Origin: Bdellovibrionales bacterium
GTDB taxonomy: Bacteria > Bdellovibrionota > Bdellovibrionia > Bdellovibrionales > UBA1609
DNA: 64,000 bases
Assembly (NCBI GenBank): GCA_965199825.1
Contig: OZ241329.1
Location: forward strand, 416,001 to 480,000
Direction of reading: 5' to 3'
Of this stretch, positions 40,200 through 50,366 are shown in pieces. Each line of letters begins with the position of its first letter. Position 1 is the first letter of the stretch. The notes under the pieces are model-generated. The model had not been told where the DNA came from. It saw nothing but the letters and a program-made list of their open reading frames with translations, and made no database searches. Both the position numbers and the translations under genes were made by a program.

Positions 40200-42218
40200 A
40201 TGAAAACCCAAGTGATCTCTCCATCTCAAGCGCCACACGGCGCTTTTGATTTTCCAACTTTTCAACTTGATCAAGTCCTACCCGAACTCAAAAAAGCAAT
40301 CGTCGAAGCACAAACAAATCTCAACGCGGTCAAATCCCACGCTGTTGCAAAAAGCACTTTTGATAATACGGTCCTCGCATTAGAAAATGCGTTTGAAAAA
40401 ACCGAAATTATCACCACACTTTTTGGTAACCTCTTAAGTTCAAACTCCAATGCCCAAATGCATGCGATGGCTCCCGCAGTTTCGGCGCTCACCAGTGACC
40501 TCAGCAATGATCTGTTGCTGGATGCCGGAATTTTCGAACGGGTGAAGTATGTCCACGACCACCCAGGATCTTTATCTAACGAAGAAACAAAATTACTCGA
40601 CAACACCTACAAAGATTTTGTGCGCAACGGAGCTTTGCTCAATACGAGCGACAAAGAAAAATTGCGCGAGGTCGACAATGAACTCTCGCGCCTCACACCC
40701 AAATTTCAAGAGCATCTTTTAAAGGCGACCAATAAATTTGTGATTCATCGCACAAGCCCGCCTGCGGGATTATCTCCTTTTAGTTTAGAGCAAGCCAAGG
40801 TGGCGGCGCACGATCGCGGATTTTCGAGTGGCTATGCCTTTACCCTTCAAGGACCTTCATATTCGGCAGTGATGCAAGAATGCTCAGACCGCAGTCTGCG
40901 TGAAGAGATTTACTTCGGCATGGCCCAGCGATGTGTGTCTGGTGAATTTGATAATCGCGAAATCTTAAAAAAGATTTTAGAACTGCGCCACAGACGAAGC
41001 GAAATCTTAGGCTATAAAACTCATGCCGATTTTGTGCTCGAGCGCCGCATGGCTGAAAATCCCCAAAATGTGCATCAATTTTTGAACCGACTTGTAAAGG
41101 TGGTCAAACCGGCAGCCCAAAAAGATTTAAATGAAATTCGGGCATTCGCCGAGCGCCACCAAATTAGCGATCTTAAACCTTGGGACGTCACCTATTTTTC
41201 TGAACGCATGAAGGAAGAAAAATTTAAGATGGATCCAGAAACCCTAAGGCCCTACTTTCCGCTCGAGACAGTTCTTAAAGGAACTTTTGAGATCGCAAAA
41301 AAACTTTATGGCCTAGATTTTACCGAATCCACTGAATATCCCGTTTATTTTTCTGACGTGCGGGTGTTTGAAGTCACTCGTGAAAAAGAATTTATTGGCC
41401 TCCTTTATTGCGATTTTTTTCCGCGTACGAGCAAACAAGGTGGCGCTTGGATGACAAATTTTGTTCAACAAGGTTTGTTTAGTGGAAAAGTTTTAAGACC
41501 ACACGTGAGTTTGGTTTGTAATTTTCCAGCACCCATGGGCCAAACCCCCTCGCTTTTGACCATGCGAGATGTGCGAACTCTTTTGCACGAGTTTGGTCAT
41601 GGGCTTCATTCTTTGTTATCGAATGTGCGATTCCGTAGCCTTTCGGGCACCAATGTGTTGTGGGATTTTGTTGAGTTGCCTTCGCAGTTTATGGAAAATT
41701 GGGTTTCTGAACAAGAAAGCCTGGCTCTCTTGAGCGGTCATTATCAGACGCACCAACCTCTTCCTTTAGAAGAGGCCGCAAAAATCAGGGCGTCTCAAAA
41801 TTTTCATTCTTCACTGATTGCTTTGAGACAATTGAGTTTTGGAATGCTCGATATGGCGCTGCATTCCACACCTGTTTCGGAGTGGTCCGACATTGAGGAG
41901 TTTGAACGTGAAACAATGAAGGAGGCCATTCTTATTGCTCCGCCAAAAGGATGTTCGATGGCAGCATCCTTTGGTCATATTTTTTCTGGCGGGTATGCGG
42001 CTGGATATTACTCTTACAAATGGGCTGAGGTTCTAGAGGCCGATGCCTTTGAACATTTTAAAGAACAAGGTTTGTTTAGTCGCGAAGTGGCCCAAAAATT
42101 TTACGATCACGTTTTGTCGCGCGGCGGAACAGAACATCCCAAAGAACTCTACAAAAAATTTCGGGGCCGCGATGCCGACTTAAGTGCATTGCTCAAGCGT
42201 GAGGGATTTAGCGCGTGA
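40200..42218 (+). CDS. M3 family metallopeptidase (oligopeptidase A/Dcp)
   Basis: HEFGHGLH, WDFVELPSQFMENW, GYAAGYYSYKWAE. Confidence 0.93.
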   Translation: MKTQVISPSQAPHGAFDFPTFQLDQVLPELKKAIVEAQTNLNAVKSHAVAKSTFDNTVLALENAFEKTEIITTLFGNLLSSNSNAQMHAMAPAVSALTSDLSNDLLLDAGIFERVKYVHDHPGSLSNEETKLLDNTYKDFVRNGALLNTSDKEKLREVDNELSRLTPKFQEHLLKATNKFVIHRTSPPAGLSPFSLEQAKVAAHDRGFSSGYAFTLQGPSYSAVMQECSDRSLREEIYFGMAQRCVSGEFDNREILKKILELRHRRSEILGYKTHADFVLERRMAENPQNVHQFLNRLVKVVKPAAQKDLNEIRAFAERHQISDLKPWDVTYFSERMKEEKFKMDPETLRPYFPLETVLKGTFEIAKKLYGLDFTESTEYPVYFSDVRVFEVTREKEFIGLLYCDFFPRTSKQGGAWMTNFVQQGLFSGKVLRPHVSLVCNFPAPMGQTPSLLTMRDVRTLLHEFGHGLHSLLSNVRFRSLSGTNVLWDFVELPSQFMENWVSEQESLALLSGHYQTHQPLPLEEAAKIRASQNFHSSLIALRQLSFGMLDMALHSTPVSEWSDIEEFERETMKEAILIAPPKGCSMAASFGHIFSGGYAAGYYSYKWAEVLEADAFEHFKEQGLFSREVAQKFYDHVLSRGGTEHPKELYKKFRGRDADLSALLKREGFSA

Positions 42219-43072
42219 TAAAAAAAGTTGCGATTGTTTACCGGCGCGAAACTCCAAAGGCCCAAAAGTTGGCAGTCGAAGTTGCTGATTGGTTAAAAGG
42301 TCGAAAGCTCTCGGTGTTTTCGCATCCCAATCAAAAGCTCACCGATAGCCAGGGTCATGTTCTTAAAAAAGCCAAACCTTCTTCCACCGATTTGGTGATC
42401 GTGCTTGGGGGCGATGGAACATATCTAGAGGCGGTCAGAAGTTTTGGCGCTTTTCAAACTCCCATCCTCGGGGTCAACCTAGGCTCACTCGGATTTTTGA
42501 CCGAGACGCGGGTTGAGGATCTTTATCCCAATTTGCTCGCGACCCTCGATGGCAAAATGGAAAAACGCCCACGTGCGATGCTGCGGGTGACCCTTAAACG
42601 CAAAGGTAAAATTATTTGTGATGAATGTGCACTGAATGATGTGGTGATTGAGCGTGGATCGCATCCCCATTTGATCGAGATGGCAATTTACTCCAACAAA
42701 CACTTGGTCAGCACCATGAAGGCCGATGGTTTAATTGTCGCCTCACCCACCGGTTCTACCGCGTACAATTTGGCAGCGGGTGGGCCCGTTCTTCATCCCG
42801 AGGTCAAAACCCTTCTTGTCACACCGATATGCCCGCACTCGCTGACCTCTCGGCCTATTTTATTTCCTGACAATGTGAAGCTGTCTTTCCGTATGGTCGA
42901 AGAGCCACAAAAAGCCCATTTGACTGTGGATGGACAAAAATACGAAATGGTCTCAAACGAAGATGAGGTCAATATCGAGCGGGCGTCTTATGATCATTTG
43001 GTTCTGCGTCGCCCCTCGCATAATTTTTTTGATCTGTTGCGCGACAAAATGCGATTTGGCGAAAGGTCTTAA
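42215..43072 (+). CDS. nadK: NAD kinase
   Basis: GGDGT, GSLGFL, LND, DGLIVASPTGSTAY. Confidence 0.95.
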   Translation: MIKKVAIVYRRETPKAQKLAVEVADWLKGRKLSVFSHPNQKLTDSQGHVLKKAKPSSTDLVIVLGGDGTYLEAVRSFGAFQTPILGVNLGSLGFLTETRVEDLYPNLLATLDGKMEKRPRAMLRVTLKRKGKIICDECALNDVVIERGSHPHLIEMAIYSNKHLVSTMKADGLIVASPTGSTAYNLAAGGPVLHPEVKTLLVTPICPHSLTSRPILFPDNVKLSFRMVEEPQKAHLTVDGQKYEMVSNEDEVNIERASYDHLVLRRPSHNFFDLLRDKMRFGERS

Positions 43073-44770
43073 GTGCTCTCAGAATTAAAGGTTTCTAATT
43101 TTGCCATTATCGAAAATATCCATATTCATTTTGAAGATGGTCTTAATATTTTATCTGGTGAAACCGGAGCCGGTAAATCGGTTCTTCTTAAAAGCTTAAG
43201 CCTTTTGATAGGCGAAAAGGCCTCGGTCGAAATTATCAAGAGCGGATGCAATCAAGCGGTGATCGAAGGTCGATTTGAACTTTCAACCCGTCCTGATATT
43301 CGCCAAAATCTTGAAGATATGGGAATCGATGTCGATGACGAACATTTGGTAGTCAGGCGCACCATCAACACCAAAGGCAAAAGCAAAGTGTATCTCAATG
43401 GCTCGATGAGCACTTTGAATTCACTTAAAGATTTAATCTCACCGATGATTACAGTTACCGGACAAGCAGCCCCACTGATTGAGATGACCGGCCAACACGA
43501 CAATCGCCATCTGCAATCAAAAAGTTATCACCTCGATACGCTCGACCGCTTTGCGGGGCTCTGGAAAGACCGCGCCCATTTTAGCTCGCGCTTTCATGAT
43601 TACCTTCAAGTAAAGCAGCAAATTGAAAATTTAAAATTGGATGCGCTCTCGCGGGAGCAGCGTTTAGATTTTTTGCGCTTTCAAAAAGAAGAACTCGAAG
43701 CCCTAAATATTCAGACTGGCGAAGACGAGCAAATGATTCAGCAAATGAAGCGGCTCAAAAATATCAAAAAAATCAAAAACTTTTTTGAAGAGGCCGAGTT
43801 TCAGTTGTCGGAATCCGAAAACTCAATCGTCGATCAATTGCGAACTCTTTCCACTCGAGCCGAAGAGATCATGACCTTTGATGATTCGCTCAAAACAAAA
43901 TTACTCGGATTAAAACAAGCCGAAGCCTTGCTTGAAGATGTCGCCTTCGAACTTCACGCAGGAAAAAAAGATCTCAACGAAGATTCGGACGATGTCGAAT
44001 CTCTCGAAGAACGGTTTAGCCAATTTCGCAAACTGCAAAAAAAATATGGCGAATCCGCAGAGCAGTTTATTGCGGCACTCGAAGCGATCAAGCTCGAAAT
44101 CGAAAGCTTATCCAATAGCGATAGCCGTCTTGAGGAATTACAAAAATCAGAAGCTGCCATATTATTAGAACTCAAAAGCCTGGCCCAAAAACTTCATAAG
44201 ACGCGCCTCTCGGCAGCAAAAGAATTCCAAAATTTGATCAACGAAGAATTAAGAGAGCTCAACATGAAAGGTGTGGGACTTGAGGTGGTGATCAATCAAA
44301 AACCCGATTACTCGCCCACCGGAATCAGCGAAGTCGAATTTATGATTCGCGCCTCAAAAAAAGAAGAACCCCGAAGTCTTGCCCGCTTTGCCAGTGGCGG
44401 CGAATTGAGCCGAATTCTTTTATCGATCAAACAAGTGGGCGGTGATCACGATGTGCCCCGCACCTATTTGTTTGATGAGGTCGACGCTGGTGTGAGCGGG
44501 GTCACCGCAGAAAAGGTGGGCAAAAAATTGCGCAGCATCGCCAGTGGCCAACAGGTGATTTGTGTGACCCATTTGGCCCAAGTGGCCGCCTTTGCCGATG
44601 TTCATTATTTGATTGAAAAAACAAACTCAACCAAGGGGGTTGAGATGTCGGTGCGCCCATTAAGCAAAAAAGATCGAGTCGACGAGATTGCCAGATTGAT
44701 CTCGGGCGAAAACATCACCAAGAGTTCGATCACTCATGCTAAACAATTGCTGAAGCACCAGTCGGCTTAG
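43073..44770 (+). CDS. recN: DNA repair protein RecN
   Basis: GETGAGKS, ASGGELSR, FDEVDAGVSG, VTHLAQVAA. Confidence 0.95.
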   Translation: MLSELKVSNFAIIENIHIHFEDGLNILSGETGAGKSVLLKSLSLLIGEKASVEIIKSGCNQAVIEGRFELSTRPDIRQNLEDMGIDVDDEHLVVRRTINTKGKSKVYLNGSMSTLNSLKDLISPMITVTGQAAPLIEMTGQHDNRHLQSKSYHLDTLDRFAGLWKDRAHFSSRFHDYLQVKQQIENLKLDALSREQRLDFLRFQKEELEALNIQTGEDEQMIQQMKRLKNIKKIKNFFEEAEFQLSESENSIVDQLRTLSTRAEEIMTFDDSLKTKLLGLKQAEALLEDVAFELHAGKKDLNEDSDDVESLEERFSQFRKLQKKYGESAEQFIAALEAIKLEIESLSNSDSRLEELQKSEAAILLELKSLAQKLHKTRLSAAKEFQNLINEELRELNMKGVGLEVVINQKPDYSPTGISEVEFMIRASKKEEPRSLARFASGGELSRILLSIKQVGGDHDVPRTYLFDEVDAGVSGVTAEKVGKKLRSIASGQQVICVTHLAQVAAFADVHYLIEKTNSTKGVEMSVRPLSKKDRVDEIARLISGENITKSSITHAKQLLKHQSA

Positions 44771-45465
44771 GGCTCGAAGGCGAGGAGCTGGATCACGCCC
44801 TCTCGAGTTTTGTGAAACACAAAACGACGGGCACTGGAAATTTTATTTTTAGCAATTTCTTTTTCTGGACGCAAAAAAGTAATCTGCGAATCTTTTGGCA
44901 TATTGGCGAGATCAATCAAATTCTGTTTGTCATCCATCAAGTTTTTAATTTGGAGTTCAAGAACAGACATCGCGAGTCCACGATAAACAGGTAAGCCATA
45001 TGAGATTTCAATATCGAATTTAGATTTCTTCCAATTCGTTTGGGTTTGTTGACTGAGTCCGGCGAGCAAAATCAAAAATTGATCATCATTTAAGGTTTTA
45101 AAATTTTCAAGAAAGTAGGAAACCGATCCTGCGACGTTTTTAGTCCGGGTCACTTCAATGGACAAAATCAAATCTGTTGATTTCCGTTGCAACAGTGCTG
45201 TGACAGGAAAAGAATAGGTCTGGCCATTTTTTAAATTAAATTGCTGAAAAATTCTCTGATGAATCATTCTCTTGATCCAAGTGAAAACCAGATTTTTATA
45301 TCTTTTATAGTTTTGAAAAGGATCTTCTGCTGACAGTGTGATAGCTGCGGGACGACCATCTTCGATCACCTGTTCCCAAACGAGTTGCGGCTCGCTCAAG
45401 CTTTTTTCACAATCCGCAGCATGGGCGGTTCCGATCAATAAAAAACAAATCACAAAAAATTTCAT
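44767..45465 (-). CDS. Orphan secreted protein, family B paralog
   Basis: Start MKFFVICF; mature N-terminus ADCEKSL; C-terminus RRFVFHK...LLAFEP. Confidence 0.75.
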   Translation of the reverse strand: MKFFVICFLLIGTAHAADCEKSLSEPQLVWEQVIEDGRPAAITLSAEDPFQNYKRYKNLVFTWIKRMIHQRIFQQFNLKNGQTYSFPVTALLQRKSTDLILSIEVTRTKNVAGSVSYFLENFKTLNDDQFLILLAGLSQQTQTNWKKSKFDIEISYGLPVYRGLAMSVLELQIKNLMDDKQNLIDLANMPKDSQITFLRPEKEIAKNKISSARRFVFHKTREGVIQLLAFEP

Positions 45466-45469
45466 TTTA

Positions 45470-46177
45470 TTAAAATCCATAGGACAGCAAAACGATTTTT
45501 CCTGAACCATCTTTATAAAAGACAAATCGGCGTGGCTCGTAGGCCTTCTTTTTATCGATTTGAATTATTCCACTTTGTTTGATCAATTCGGTTTCAGGCT
45601 TCATTGCTTTTAACTCATCACTAATATCAGAATTTTGAAAAAGATATCGCAGTTGGGCCTCAGTGCTTGAAGTGGGGACATTGAGGTAAGCGGAAAGACC
45701 TGCTGGCATTTCAAATCCCTGTTTGGTTATTATCCAATTTTGTTGAACTCGTGAACCCAACTTGCTGAGGAGCTCTAAAAATTGATCAGCATCAAGCATT
45801 TTGAGATTTGAAATGGTGTACAAAAATTTGCCATCAGACTGCTTCACCCGCATCATATTCATCGAATAAAATTGGTTGGCCCTCTCGCGACTGTACATCC
45901 CCTGAATCGGCATGGTGTAAGATTCGCCATTTTTTAATTCGTATTGCGCAAACAATCGGCTACGTACAAATTTCTGAATCCAAGATCCAATCAACGTGGA
46001 CTTTCCCGATTCGAGCACAGTTTCATTTCGATCAGGCCAAGTGACCAAAGCGACGTCACCGGAATCAAGAATCTGCTTCCAAATAGAAATTGTATTTCCT
46101 GTGTTTAACGAATCACAGTTGGTGGCGTGTACCAAATTAGAAAATAAAAACAGACAAATAAACGTGATTTTAATCAT
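45470..46177 (-). CDS. Orphan secreted protein, family B paralog
   Basis: TNCDSL; WKQ..G; RRFVFYKDGSGKIVLLSY. Confidence 0.75.
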   Translation of the reverse strand: MIKITFICLFLFSNLVHATNCDSLNTGNTISIWKQILDSGDVALVTWPDRNETVLESGKSTLIGSWIQKFVRSRLFAQYELKNGESYTMPIQGMYSRERANQFYSMNMMRVKQSDGKFLYTISNLKMLDADQFLELLSKLGSRVQQNWIITKQGFEMPAGLSAYLNVPTSSTEAQLRYLFQNSDISDELKAMKPETELIKQSGIIQIDKKKAYEPRRFVFYKDGSGKIVLLSYGF

Positions 46178-46256
46178 AGACTCAAAGTCGCTAGCACGGT
46201 TTTTTTAAAGGGTAAAGAGAGTGGCGTTCACACTGAATATTTTATGAGTGTCGCTT

Positions 46257-46982
46257 TTAAATTTCGTAAGCTATTAAATTGATGACGTTATTTTTGTCTT
46301 TGGCAAAGATAAAACGTCTTGCGTGATGGGTCACGCGGCCTGTCTCCGAATATTCTGGACGCTCTAAAGTTATCTCTGAATCGGGAGCTAGTTTATTTAG
46401 TTCATCTAGAATTTTTGGATTTTTAAATAGAATATTGAGTTGAAATTCCAAAGAGGAGAGCGTGATTCCACGATAAACAGATAGCGCGCGTGGTGTCTGA
46501 ATTCCAAATGTCAGATTCACACGATCTTCTTGAGAAGGTTTTATCAACTCTCTTAAATTTTTAAGAATGTCCTCTGAATCAATAATTTTAAAGTGAGACA
46601 AAACAAAAAACACTGGCCCGTTGGTTTCCATAGTTCTTTTTAAATTGATTGAAAATTGAGATTTGCTTCCGTATCCGCCTTGGATCGGGAAAGTGTAAAT
46701 CTGATTATCAGTCAAATTGAGCTGCTGAAAAAGTCTATGACGGATAAGGGACTCTACCCATGTGCTGATGAGCTTTCGTTGACCAACATTAAGTTGATTT
46801 CTTTCTGAGAGAGACCAACTGATGACATAGAGACGACCCGATTCAGTGAGCTGCTTCCAGATTTCTTGTTCAGTATGAAAGGTGGAGCGCTTGTAATTTT
46901 TGTTACCGCTAAGAGAATCGCAGCCAGCTGCCTTGGCATGAGATGCAAATAACATTGAGATCAGTAAGAGCAGCGTTCTCAA
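46257..46982 (-). CDS. Orphan secreted protein, family B paralog
   Basis: AGCDSL; YTFPIQ; RRFIFAKD...LIAYEI. Confidence 0.75.
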   Translation of the reverse strand: MRTLLLLISMLFASHAKAAGCDSLSGNKNYKRSTFHTEQEIWKQLTESGRLYVISWSLSERNQLNVGQRKLISTWVESLIRHRLFQQLNLTDNQIYTFPIQGGYGSKSQFSINLKRTMETNGPVFFVLSHFKIIDSEDILKNLRELIKPSQEDRVNLTFGIQTPRALSVYRGITLSSLEFQLNILFKNPKILDELNKLAPDSEITLERPEYSETGRVTHHARRFIFAKDKNNVINLIAYEI

Positions 46983-47131
46983 TTACAGCTCATAATTCAA
47001 AAGTTGAATATTTCCGCCGGCATCTTTTTCGAATAAAAAGCGTCGAGCATGATAGACCGTCTCTTTCTTTTTATATTCTGGCCGAGTCAAACCAAAGTGT
47101 GAAAAACGAGGAGCGCAAGAATCTTAAGCAT
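46983..47131 (-). pseudogene. Internally deleted family B paralog
   Basis: ATG 47131 gives MLKILALLVFHTLV*; another frame gives LTRPEYKKKETVYHARRFLFEKDAGGNIQLLNYEL*, which is the family C-terminus. Confidence 0.8.
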
Positions 47132-47299
47132 AAATCGGCACATCTCACTTGTGATGAAAACATATTCATCTTAAAAAAATTTACAGCCAAACTTGATTTT
47201 AATAAACCAAAACAGTTTGTAGTGAGAGATAGCAAAATCGATTCCGCTTCATTCGGTTGGGTCGATGAGAAAGTGGCAGCCTTGGTAGCTGCTTAAAAA

Positions 47300-48022
47300 T
47301 CAATCTTTATAAATGGTATAAGCGAGTAAGAATACGACTCCAGATTTATTTTTATAAAACACAAATCGACGAGGCTCATTAACAACAGCTTCGTCCCGCG
47401 TACGAGCTGCGCTCTGGAGAACAAGTTCGGCATCGATCGCTAGATTTTCGATTTGAGCCCGAGCTTCGGGATCTTTTAACAAATGACCAATTTGATTTTT
47501 TGTACTCGCTGACGCCACACTTAAATAATCAGAGAGGACGCCATGGTATCGAATGTCAGATTTTGCAATCATCCAGTTATTTTGGATGCCCCGGCTTAAG
47601 CTGCTGATCTTTTCTAAATAATCTTTTGCAGAGGACGGCTGTAATTTTGAAAGTGTGTAGACATAAACACCTTTCAAGCGTTCACGTTCAACAGTGATTG
47701 AAGCATAGTGTGTGGGAGTGTCCCGCCGAATCATTGTATGAAAAGGAAAATTATAAGCTTTGCGATCTAAAAGTTCGAACTGATCAAAAATGCGATTGCG
47801 GACGAACTTTTCAATCCACTTTGCGACGCTGGAGTTAACACCCGGATCTAGGCCGACACGCTCTTCAAGAGGCCAGATAATGACCGATCGATCTCCATGG
47901 GTACTGAACTGTTTAAAAACTCTGTTTGGATCTAAAAGATCCGTATACAAGCTTTTACAATCAGAGGCTGACGCCAAACCTGTGGAGATCAGAAAAATAA
48001 AAGGCATCAATTTAGAAATCAT
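47300..48022 (-). CDS. Orphan secreted protein, family B paralog
   Basis: SDCKSL; WIEKFVR; RRFVFYKNKSGVVFLLAY. Confidence 0.75.
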   Translation of the reverse strand: MISKLMPFIFLISTGLASASDCKSLYTDLLDPNRVFKQFSTHGDRSVIIWPLEERVGLDPGVNSSVAKWIEKFVRNRIFDQFELLDRKAYNFPFHTMIRRDTPTHYASITVERERLKGVYVYTLSKLQPSSAKDYLEKISSLSRGIQNNWMIAKSDIRYHGVLSDYLSVASASTKNQIGHLLKDPEARAQIENLAIDAELVLQSAARTRDEAVVNEPRRFVFYKNKSGVVFLLAYTIYKD

Positions 48023-48028
48023 TTTGGA

Positions 48029-48733
48029 TTAACCCTCAATGGCAAGAAGATACACAAAGCCGCTTTGATCTTTAAAAAATTTGAGTCGACGAGCACTCGC
48101 GGTTCTTTGGCCGCTCATTAAAAATTCTGGCCGCTCGAGCGTCAAAGCAGTGTCGCTCGGCATATTATTAATTTGATCCAATGCATCTGTGTTTTTAAAT
48201 AATTCAATAATTAAGGACCGTATCGACGCCTCCGTAATATTTAAAAAATCCACAAGACCTGCTGGCATTTGGATATCTTGACCGACGGTTATCAATTGCC
48301 TTTGGGAGTGTAAGCTGAGTGCGGCTAAATTTTCAAAATTCTCGTCTGCACTTACGTTTTTTAAATTGGAAAGCTCAATCACGGTGACGCCTTGAGATTT
48401 TTTTATTCGTTTGAGTTGGATCGATAATATTATTTTTTTGTCACGGTTTCTTATCGTATTTTGGATTGGAAATGTGTAGGCCTCACCATCTTTTAAACCA
48501 AATTGATCAAATATTTTTTTAACAATTATTGTTTGGATAAAGGGCGCAATAACAGAAATAGCCCCGACTCTTGCTTTTTTCTCGGTTTTATATTGAGGCC
48601 AAACAAGGGTGTATCTCTCTCCTCTGACGACCAGTTGATTCCAAATAGAATCACTGTTGAGTTCGTTGCAGTGATTTGCAAAAGCAAAATTCCCAAGACA
48701 GCACACAAATATAAACAAAATCTTTAATCGCAT
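48029..48733 (-). CDS. Orphan secreted protein, family B paralog
   Basis: NHCNEL; YTFPIQ; RRLKFFKDQSGFVYLLA. Confidence 0.75.
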   Translation of the reverse strand: MRLKILFIFVCCLGNFAFANHCNELNSDSIWNQLVVRGERYTLVWPQYKTEKKARVGAISVIAPFIQTIIVKKIFDQFGLKDGEAYTFPIQNTIRNRDKKIILSIQLKRIKKSQGVTVIELSNLKNVSADENFENLAALSLHSQRQLITVGQDIQMPAGLVDFLNITEASIRSLIIELFKNTDALDQINNMPSDTALTLERPEFLMSGQRTASARRLKFFKDQSGFVYLLAIEG

Positions 48734-48844
48734 TCGCCCATTCCTTAATAAACGAATTCCGTAGCATCCAAGAAAGAAGGTGTAAAGAGTCCGTTAGTTT
48801 TAGGAAATTTCGATAAAATGGTGGCTGAACTTAGAGTTCAAATT

Positions 48845-49564
48845 CTATTTATAAATTGTGCAAGCGAGCAAGAATACAGCACCTGATGAATTCTTATGAA
48901 ATAAAAATCGACGAGCCTGATTCACCAAAACTTGGCCCACCGAATGGGATTCGCTCTGTAAAATAAGATCCGATTGATGAGGCATTTTTTTAATTTGGAA
49001 CAGAGCTTCGGGATTTTTAAATAAATGATTCATTTGCTTTTTTAAACCTATTGGTGATCCGCCGATTTGATCCAGGAGAACAGGATGAACCTGAACTCCT
49101 CGATCCAGCATCACCCAATTTTTTTGAAGCCCGCGGCTCAAATCGCCAAACTGTTTTAAGAACTCATCAGAAGCCGAAAAAGTTAAATCTGACAGAGTAA
49201 AGACCATCAAACCGTTAGACCGGGTCTGACGTTGAAGCCGGATCGAGGCATACCGATCGTTAGGTCCTTGCGCCCGTAATTTTTGAATTGGGAAAACATA
49301 AGGCATATTTTCTTCAAGTTCGAATTTTTCAAAGCTACGATGACGCACAAACTTTTCGATCCATCTTGCAATCATCACCGATACATTGACACCGAGACCC
49401 ACTCGTTGTTCCTGCGGCCAGATAACAATTGATTTTTCACCATGCTCAATAAGTTGCTTAAAGACCGGGATTGGACTTTCAAGCTCTGTATTTAAGGCTT
49501 TGCATTCGGCGGCCACCGCCAAGTTTGGAAACACCAAAAGAGAAACTAAAAATTGAATAATCAC
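48845..49564 (-). CDS. Orphan secreted protein, family B paralog
   Basis: GTG start 49564 after SD GAGGGG; AECKAL; RRFLFHKNSSGAVFLLA. Confidence 0.75.
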   Translation of the reverse strand: MIIQFLVSLLVFPNLAVAAECKALNTELESPIPVFKQLIEHGEKSIVIWPQEQRVGLGVNVSVMIARWIEKFVRHRSFEKFELEENMPYVFPIQKLRAQGPNDRYASIRLQRQTRSNGLMVFTLSDLTFSASDEFLKQFGDLSRGLQKNWVMLDRGVQVHPVLLDQIGGSPIGLKKQMNHLFKNPEALFQIKKMPHQSDLILQSESHSVGQVLVNQARRFLFHKNSSGAVFLLACTIYK

Positions 49565-49599
49565 TTTTGATTCCCCTCTTGCTTTAGAAATGCGCAGGA

Positions 49600-50322
49600 T
49601 CACTCAACGATTTCAATAAATTTCTGACTCGATTCCTCAACAAAAAAAGCAACTGGATTTTTTAGCCAGGTACCAAGATTGATCACGCGAGCACCACCAA
49701 TCCTGAAATCGGCTTGTTCATGAACGTGTCCTGAAATCATCAGATCAAAGGGCTTTTTATCATAGGACATTTGAGCATGCTGCTTTAAGGCGCGAAGGTT
49801 GTGCTCGCTGGGCACACTCTTAATGGTCGATGTATAAGTCCGGCTCTGTTGGCTCAAGGTCTGCCCAAGCCAAGCGACAAGCGCGCCAGGGAGATGATGT
49901 GCCATCCACACCACGACCTTTGTTCGCAAGAGCCAGCGTAAGAAATGATAGCCTCGATCAGATGGATCCATCTGATCGCCGTGTTCCACCCGAATTTTAA
50001 GACCGAGATCAAAGTATTCGGCTTGAGTATGAACATGAATTCCAATTTTCGAAAAATAACGATCCAGATACAAATCGTGATTGCCTTCGAAATAATGGAT
50101 CTGAACATTTTCAGATTGAAGACGCTGAAGCTCATCGAGGATCAATTTGAATCGATCAACAAAGTAGGTATGATCTGAAATCCACAGATCAAAAATATCG
50201 CCCACCAAAAAAAGATGGGTACAATTAAAAACCGAAATGCTTTTTAAAAACTTTAAAAACAAAAGGCCTCGTTGATCTGAGGCCTCGACAATATGAATGT
50301 CTGAGATAAAATAGGCTTTCAC
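49600..50322 (-). CDS. lpxH: UDP-2,3-diacylglucosamine hydrolase
   Basis: FISDIH, GDIFDLW, GNHD, HGD, GHVH, NLGTW. Confidence 0.8.
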   Translation of the reverse strand: MKAYFISDIHIVEASDQRGLLFLKFLKSISVFNCTHLFLVGDIFDLWISDHTYFVDRFKLILDELQRLQSENVQIHYFEGNHDLYLDRYFSKIGIHVHTQAEYFDLGLKIRVEHGDQMDPSDRGYHFLRWLLRTKVVVWMAHHLPGALVAWLGQTLSQQSRTYTSTIKSVPSEHNLRALKQHAQMSYDKKPFDLMISGHVHEQADFRIGGARVINLGTWLKNPVAFFVEESSQKFIEIVE

Positions 50323-50366
50323 GATTTTCGACTATAACCCAAATGCTGCGAGAGCCAATAACAGTT

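Noticed and set aside
46943..47296. 117-aa plus-strand ORF
   Set aside because: Overlaps the start of a real gene and is antisense to the paralog pseudogene.
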